NCBI GenBank assembly: GCA_964550745.1
Contig: CAZKAO010000001.1
Span: forward strand, 62,299 to 126,298
From: an uncultured Acetatifactor sp.
Lineage (GTDB): Bacteria; Bacillota; Clostridia; Lachnospirales; Lachnospiraceae
Length of the DNA: 64,000 nt
Direction: 5' to 3'
Shown: positions 59,702 through 64,000 of the stretch, piece after piece
Layout of the letters: each line of letters begins with the position of its first letter
Numbering within the stretch: the stretch's first letter is position 1
Position numbers and translations under genes: made by a program
The notes under the pieces: generated by a model
Told to the model about the DNA's origin: nothing
Databases searched by the model: none
Seen by the model: only the letters and a program-made list of their open reading frames with translations

Positions 59702-60163
59702 TTAAGGGCCTTCTGCAGAATCATCCCCGGGATTTTCATCCTCTCCATTAACATCCTCCGGCAGATCATCCATATCCGTGGGTTCCGGCTCTTCCACCAC
59801 CGGCTCCTTGGTCATGGCTTCCATCATTTCCTCCACCGTCATGGCTGTACTCAGTTCAAAGTCACCCGTTTTCAGATCCTTGCGAAACTCAGAGAGATAA
59901 TACTGTACGATAAAGAGCTTTTCATCCCGGATCAACCCTTTGCTCAGAAAAAGCTGCCCCATCTCTTTGGCTGACATATCCTCCGTGATCGTCACACTGA
60001 TCACTCTGCCCTCTCCGGCAGACATGGCAGGTTCCTCAAAAACCCTGTATCCATAGTCATAGGCCGTAATTGCGCCCCGGTAGATCGCCATGATGATCAC
60101 CACTGCCACTACTACCTTTAATATCATGCCGCACACTGCAACTATCAGGCTTTTTACATTCAT
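59702..60163 (-). CDS. Short MltG/YceG-like protein lacking the catalytic domain
   Basis: TM plus VTI...MS..EMG..F..KGLI...LKTGDFELSTAMT; acidic tail; occupies the mltG syntenic position. Confidence 0.75.
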   Translation of the reverse strand: MNVKSLIVAVCGMILKVVVAVVIIMAIYRGAITAYDYGYRVFEEPAMSAGEGRVISVTITEDMSAKEMGQLFLSKGLIRDEKLFIVQYYLSEFRKDLKTGDFELSTAMTVEEMMEAMTKEPVVEEPEPTDMDDLPEDVNGEDENPGDDSAEGP

Positions 60164-60212
60164 ACTAACTCCCACTCACCCGCTCTGGCGGGCACATAAT
60201 TCTCCGCCGCAT

Positions 60213-60548
60213 CTACTCAAAATTCAGCTTATCTGTAACATGGAGATTAATCTGCTGGACCAAACGGCACAGAGCTAGCTCCGCCGCCAGAAAATCCGCC
60301 ACCAGCGGATTCTCCCGAAAGTCCGAATATTCCCGTTCAAACTGTTCAAAATGCTCAAAAGCCATATCGCCGTTGCACTGCATCAAGTAGTTCTTTCGGC
60401 GATACTCATCTATCTCCTGTTTCAGTCCGGGCTGCCGCTTCGCCGCAGCGAGAGCTTCCAGATACTTTCTGTATACCTCTGATTCCTTTATCGCATCAAT
60501 CATACCTTCAACGGCCTGACGCAGCTCTTCTTCCCGCTTCATCTTCAT
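60213..60548 (-). CDS. YlbF/YmcA-family regulator
   Basis: AIKESEVYRKY...NPLVADFLAAE. Confidence 0.85.
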   Translation of the reverse strand: MKMKREEELRQAVEGMIDAIKESEVYRKYLEALAAAKRQPGLKQEIDEYRRKNYLMQCNGDMAFEHFEQFEREYSDFRENPLVADFLAAELALCRLVQQINLHVTDKLNFE

Positions 60549-60569
60549 ACCCCCGGCTTCTCGGCTTAT

Positions 60570-62246
60570 CTATACTTCCATGATAATAGGCAATATCATG
60601 GGACGCCTCTTGGTCTTTCTCCAGACATATTCACCCAGCACATCTTTTGTCGTACTCTTCAGCTTGCCCCAGTCCGTGATCCCTCTGTCAATACAGCCGG
60701 AGATGGCATTGTCCACCACCTGGCGGGCCTCCTCCAGCAGTTCATCGGACTCTCTCACATACACAAAGCCTCTGGAGACAATATCCGGGCCTGCCACCAG
60801 CTGGCCGCTGTATTTGTCCAGACTCATGACCACGATGAGAATGCCGTCCTCCGCCAGATGCTGTCTGTCACGCAGCACCACATTGCCCACATCGCCTACT
60901 CCCAAGCCATCCACCAGAATGCTTCCCACGGGCACATGGCCGGCGACGCTTGCCTTGTTCTCATCCAGTTCCAGCACCTCACCGGAGGACAGAATGAAGA
61001 TATTTTCCTTGTCAATGCCCAGATTCTCCGCTATCTTGGCCTGGGCCTTCAGATGCTTGTACTCACCATGCACAGGAATCGCATATTTAGGATGCACCAG
61101 GGTATAGATCAGTTTGATCTCCTCCTGACAGGCGTGTCCGGATACATGGGTATCCTGGAAAATCACGTCCGCTCCCTTTCGCAGCAGTTCGTTGATAATC
61201 TTGGTCACCGCCTTCTCGTTGCCGGGTATGGGACTGGAAGAAAAGATAACTGTGTCCCCATGGCCTATGGTGATCTTCTTATGCATATTGCCGGCCATAC
61301 GGCTCAGCGCCGCCATACTCTCCCCCTGGCTGCCGGTAGTGATGATTACCTGCTGCTCATCGGGATAGTTTTTCAGCTGATCTATCTCAATCAGGGTGTT
61401 GTCCGGAATGCTGATACAGCCCAGATTCATGGCTGTCTCAATGATATTCACCATGCTGCGGCCTTCCACCACCACCTTGCGTCCGAATTTGTAAGCCGTG
61501 TTGATAATCTGCTGCACCCGGTCCACATTGGAGGCAAAGGTCGCCACAAAAATACGGGTATTCTTATGTTCCTCAAACAAGGTGTCAAAGGTCTTGCCCA
61601 CCGTCCGCTCGGAGGGTGTAAAGCCCGGGCGCTCCGCATTGGTGGAATCGCACATCAGAGCCAGCACGCCCTTTTTGCCGATCTCCGCAAAGCGGGGCAG
61701 ATCGATAGCATCGCCGAATACCGGCGTGTAGTCCACCTTGAAGTCGCCGGTATGCACCACTGTTCCGGCAGGGGAATAGATCGCCAGCGCCGCTGCGTCC
61801 ACGATGCTGTGGTTGGTCTTGATATACTCTACCCGGAACTGCCCCATATTGATGGACTGCCCGAACTTGACCACCTTGCGCTTGGTTCCCTTTATCAGAT
61901 TGTGCTCCTTTAATTTATTCTCAATGATGCCCATGGTCAGCCGGGTGGCGTATACAGGCACATTGATCTCCTTCAACACATAGGGCAGGGCACCGATATG
62001 ATCCTCATGCCCGTGGGTAATTACAAAGCCCTTGACCTTGTCCGCATTGTCCTTCAGATAAGTGATATCCGGGATCACCAGATCGATGCCCAGCATATCG
62101 TCCGCCGGAAATGCCAGTCCGCAGTCTACCACAATAATACTGTCTTCGTACTCAAAGGCAGTAATGTTCAAACCGATTTGCTCCAGACCGCCCAAAGGGA
62201 TAATTTTCAGTCTGGATGCACTGTTATTCTGTTTATTCTTATTCAA
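60570..62246 (-). CDS. rnj: Ribonuclease J
   Basis: PLGGLEQIG, THGHEDHIG, HTGDFK, HVSGHA, PVHGE; TTG start after GGAGG. Confidence 0.97.
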   Translation of the reverse strand: MNKNKQNNSASRLKIIPLGGLEQIGLNITAFEYEDSIIVVDCGLAFPADDMLGIDLVIPDITYLKDNADKVKGFVITHGHEDHIGALPYVLKEINVPVYATRLTMGIIENKLKEHNLIKGTKRKVVKFGQSINMGQFRVEYIKTNHSIVDAAALAIYSPAGTVVHTGDFKVDYTPVFGDAIDLPRFAEIGKKGVLALMCDSTNAERPGFTPSERTVGKTFDTLFEEHKNTRIFVATFASNVDRVQQIINTAYKFGRKVVVEGRSMVNIIETAMNLGCISIPDNTLIEIDQLKNYPDEQQVIITTGSQGESMAALSRMAGNMHKKITIGHGDTVIFSSSPIPGNEKAVTKIINELLRKGADVIFQDTHVSGHACQEEIKLIYTLVHPKYAIPVHGEYKHLKAQAKIAENLGIDKENIFILSSGEVLELDENKASVAGHVPVGSILVDGLGVGDVGNVVLRDRQHLAEDGILIVVMSLDKYSGQLVAGPDIVSRGFVYVRESDELLEEARQVVDNAISGCIDRGITDWGKLKSTTKDVLGEYVWRKTKRRPMILPIIMEV

Positions 62247-62302
62247 TAGATATTCCTCCAAATTTAAACCATGCTCAAAGCCATCCTTACCGGCTTTAAA
62301 GC

Positions 62303-62566
62303 CTATACAAATTCCACGTCCTCCAACATGTTCTCAAACACGCCGGCAACCGCTTTCAGTTCCTCGTCATCTGATACGATGACATACACGCTCTCTTCTT
62401 CTCCATCCTTAGACATATCCTTGAGGATCAGAGCCTCCCCGTCGCCCTCCTCAAAATCTGTCACCAGAATGTAGTTATAGCCGCCAATCCTGGTCTGTTC
62501 CAACACAAAAAAGTCCACCGGGGCTTCGCCATCGGGATTAAAGGTAATCTTCTCCAGTTTACTCAA
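62303..62566 (-). CDS. DUF1292-domain protein
   Basis: Acidic 87 aa, FFVLEQT..GG.NYILV, DDEEL..V...F; synteny with ruvX. Confidence 0.85.
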   Translation of the reverse strand: MSKLEKITFNPDGEAPVDFFVLEQTRIGGYNYILVTDFEEGDGEALILKDMSKDGEEESVYVIVSDDEELKAVAGVFENMLEDVEFV

Positions 62567-63138
62567 TTATATTTCCTCCTAGTTATTTCCTTTAAACAGT
62601 GTATTCGAATTAGAATCACCGACAGAATGATCATCAAAATCGTCATTGGGTCACCAAGCAAAAACACTACCCAGTATAATGTATTGAAATCCAAATACAG
62701 AATCCCCGCAATCTTAGACAAAATCTTTAGTGCAAAATAAACGATCCACACAACATTGATACTGAACATGTTTTCTTCGGGAACTTGATTAAGGGATTCA
62801 ATCTCAAAATCTTTTGCCATAAAGTGCAGAACACTTTTTTGTTGAAGCGAAAGTGCAACTATAAATCCCAGAAAACCTACATTTTGAATGATAGCGGGAA
62901 TGTAATATAGCTTTTCCTCTCCGGTAAAGAGAATCATAACAGCCGAACTGACCAAGCCAAGAATCCCTATGATTTGAGAGTTTTTAACTGCGTGATTCTT
63001 AAGTTTTGAATATATGCCAGAAATAAGGCTATATGTCAGCGAAATAATCACTGCTGGAATGATACCCGCAACACGATAGACACCATAAAATAAAATCGCA
63101 GGTATGACCATATTACCTAAGGGCACTATCCATCTCAA
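62563..63138 (-). CDS. IspZ/DUF3159-like membrane protein (AT-rich insert)
   Basis: About 6 TMs; P.ILFY, G...A, EKLYYIP.I.N and W..YF pattern; TTG start with GGAGG. Confidence 0.55.
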   Translation of the reverse strand: MRWIVPLGNMVIPAILFYGVYRVAGIIPAVIISLTYSLISGIYSKLKNHAVKNSQIIGILGLVSSAVMILFTGEEKLYYIPAIIQNVGFLGFIVALSLQQKSVLHFMAKDFEIESLNQVPEENMFSINVVWIVYFALKILSKIAGILYLDFNTLYWVVFLLGDPMTILMIILSVILIRIHCLKEITRRKYN

Positions 63139-63153
63139 AACAGTTCCTCCCGA

Positions 63154-63603
63154 TTAAAGCACCGTACCTTCCCTGCCGACAACGCCCGCCTTATAATCCA
63201 GATATCCCTGCAGTATCAGGCTGGCGGCGATCATGTCCACATAATCCTTGCGATGCTCCCGGCGGATACCGGCCTCCATCATAGCCCTGTCCGCCGCCAC
63301 AGTGGTCAGCCTCTCATCCCACAGAGTCACAGACAGGCCTGTCCTGCGTTCCAGACTGTCCTTAAACTCCCGGGTGAGTTCTGCCCTCTCCCCCTCAGTG
63401 GCATTCATATTCTTAGGCAGCCCCAGCACGATCTCCTCCACCTGGTACTCCACAATCAGTTCCTCGATCCTGGCGTAGGTCCGACGCAGCTTGTTTTCCT
63501 CCTTGCGCCGTATGATCTCCAGTCCCTGCGCTGTGATCCCCAGCGGATCACTGACAGCCACCCCCACTGTCTTTGATCCGAAATCAAGCCCCATTATCCG
63601 CAT
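63154..63603 (-). CDS. ruvX: RuvX/YqgF-family nuclease
   Basis: [38 protein letters not shown]. Confidence 0.95.
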   Translation of the reverse strand: MRIMGLDFGSKTVGVAVSDPLGITAQGLEIIRRKEENKLRRTYARIEELIVEYQVEEIVLGLPKNMNATEGERAELTREFKDSLERRTGLSVTLWDERLTTVAADRAMMEAGIRREHRKDYVDMIAASLILQGYLDYKAGVVGREGTVL

Positions 63604-63627
63604 AGCATCTCCTCATATACCACAGTT

Positions 63628-63894
63628 CTACGCATGCCACTGATTATGGCGGATATACTCAGTCAGCAGCTCCTCCACAATCTCATCGCGCTCCACCTTC
63701 ATGATCAGGCTTCGCGCACTCTTATGGCTGGTGATATATGTCGGATCTCCGCTCATAATATATCCCACGATCTGATTCACCGGATCATAGCCCTTTTCCG
63801 TCAGTGCTTCATATACGGTAGAAAGAATGACTTTTACGCCAGTCTCCGGCTCTGTCTGCACTTTAAAATATTGTGTATTTCCTAAATCCTGCAT
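63628..63894 (-). CDS. ireB: IreB/ReoM regulatory phosphoprotein (DUF965)
   Basis: NTQYF, ALTEKGYDPVNQIVGYIMSGDPTYIT. Confidence 0.95.
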   Translation of the reverse strand: MQDLGNTQYFKVQTEPETGVKVILSTVYEALTEKGYDPVNQIVGYIMSGDPTYITSHKSARSLIMKVERDEIVEELLTEYIRHNQWHA

Positions 63895-63927
63895 ATGTCC
63901 TCCACGAATGTATCCTGCTATTTTTTT

Positions 63928-63956
63928 ATCATACTCTATTTGTCAGAAAATTTCAA
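63928..63956 (-). promoter_or_regulatory. sigma-A promoter of the ireB operon
   Basis: TTGAAA-17 bp-TATGAT. Confidence 0.7.
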
Positions 63957-64000
63957 GTCAAAGCTGCAAGACTCTCTCACATCATCTGTAATGCATCCGC

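Overview
Chromosomal window from a spore-forming, flagellated Firmicute; gene content and order suggest Clostridia, probably Lachnospiraceae (inference). Almost all genes lie on the minus strand. 1-16.4 kb: a surface-polysaccharide locus (GT2/GT4 enzymes, PglF/CapD-type dehydratase, two initiating phosphoglycosyl transferases, EpsG/Wzy polymerase, Wzz-like protein, DUF6077-like membrane proteins) containing a stand-alone Spo0A C-terminal-domain regulator. 16.5-49.9 kb: mostly core genes (HPr, cdaA-cdaR-glmM, yvyF-comF-recD2, flgF/flgG/flgJ, mbl/mreB, uvrBA with an SOS box, ctpA, M23 hydrolase, ftsEX, amidase, O-antigen-ligase-like gene, ytvI-like, rluA, degV). 50-54.5 kb: a two-component system, tRNA-Gln(CUG) and a small XRE + Rpn nuclease cassette. 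54.6-64 kb: GSIII glnA and the ireB-ruvX-DUF1292-rnj-ylbF-mltG-trmR-trhP block. No CRISPR array, rRNA, integrase or intact IS element was seen. The best novelty candidates are non-coding: (i) a two-state, SD-sequestering RNA leader plus an internal antitoxin-like start in the Rpn gene; (ii) a pseudo-symmetric hairpin with terminator/antiterminator potential between mbl and the flagellar rod genes; (iii) a receiver-less Spo0A paralogue with 0A boxes in its own upstream region, inside the glycan locus. All assignments are by eye; no searches or folding programs were run.
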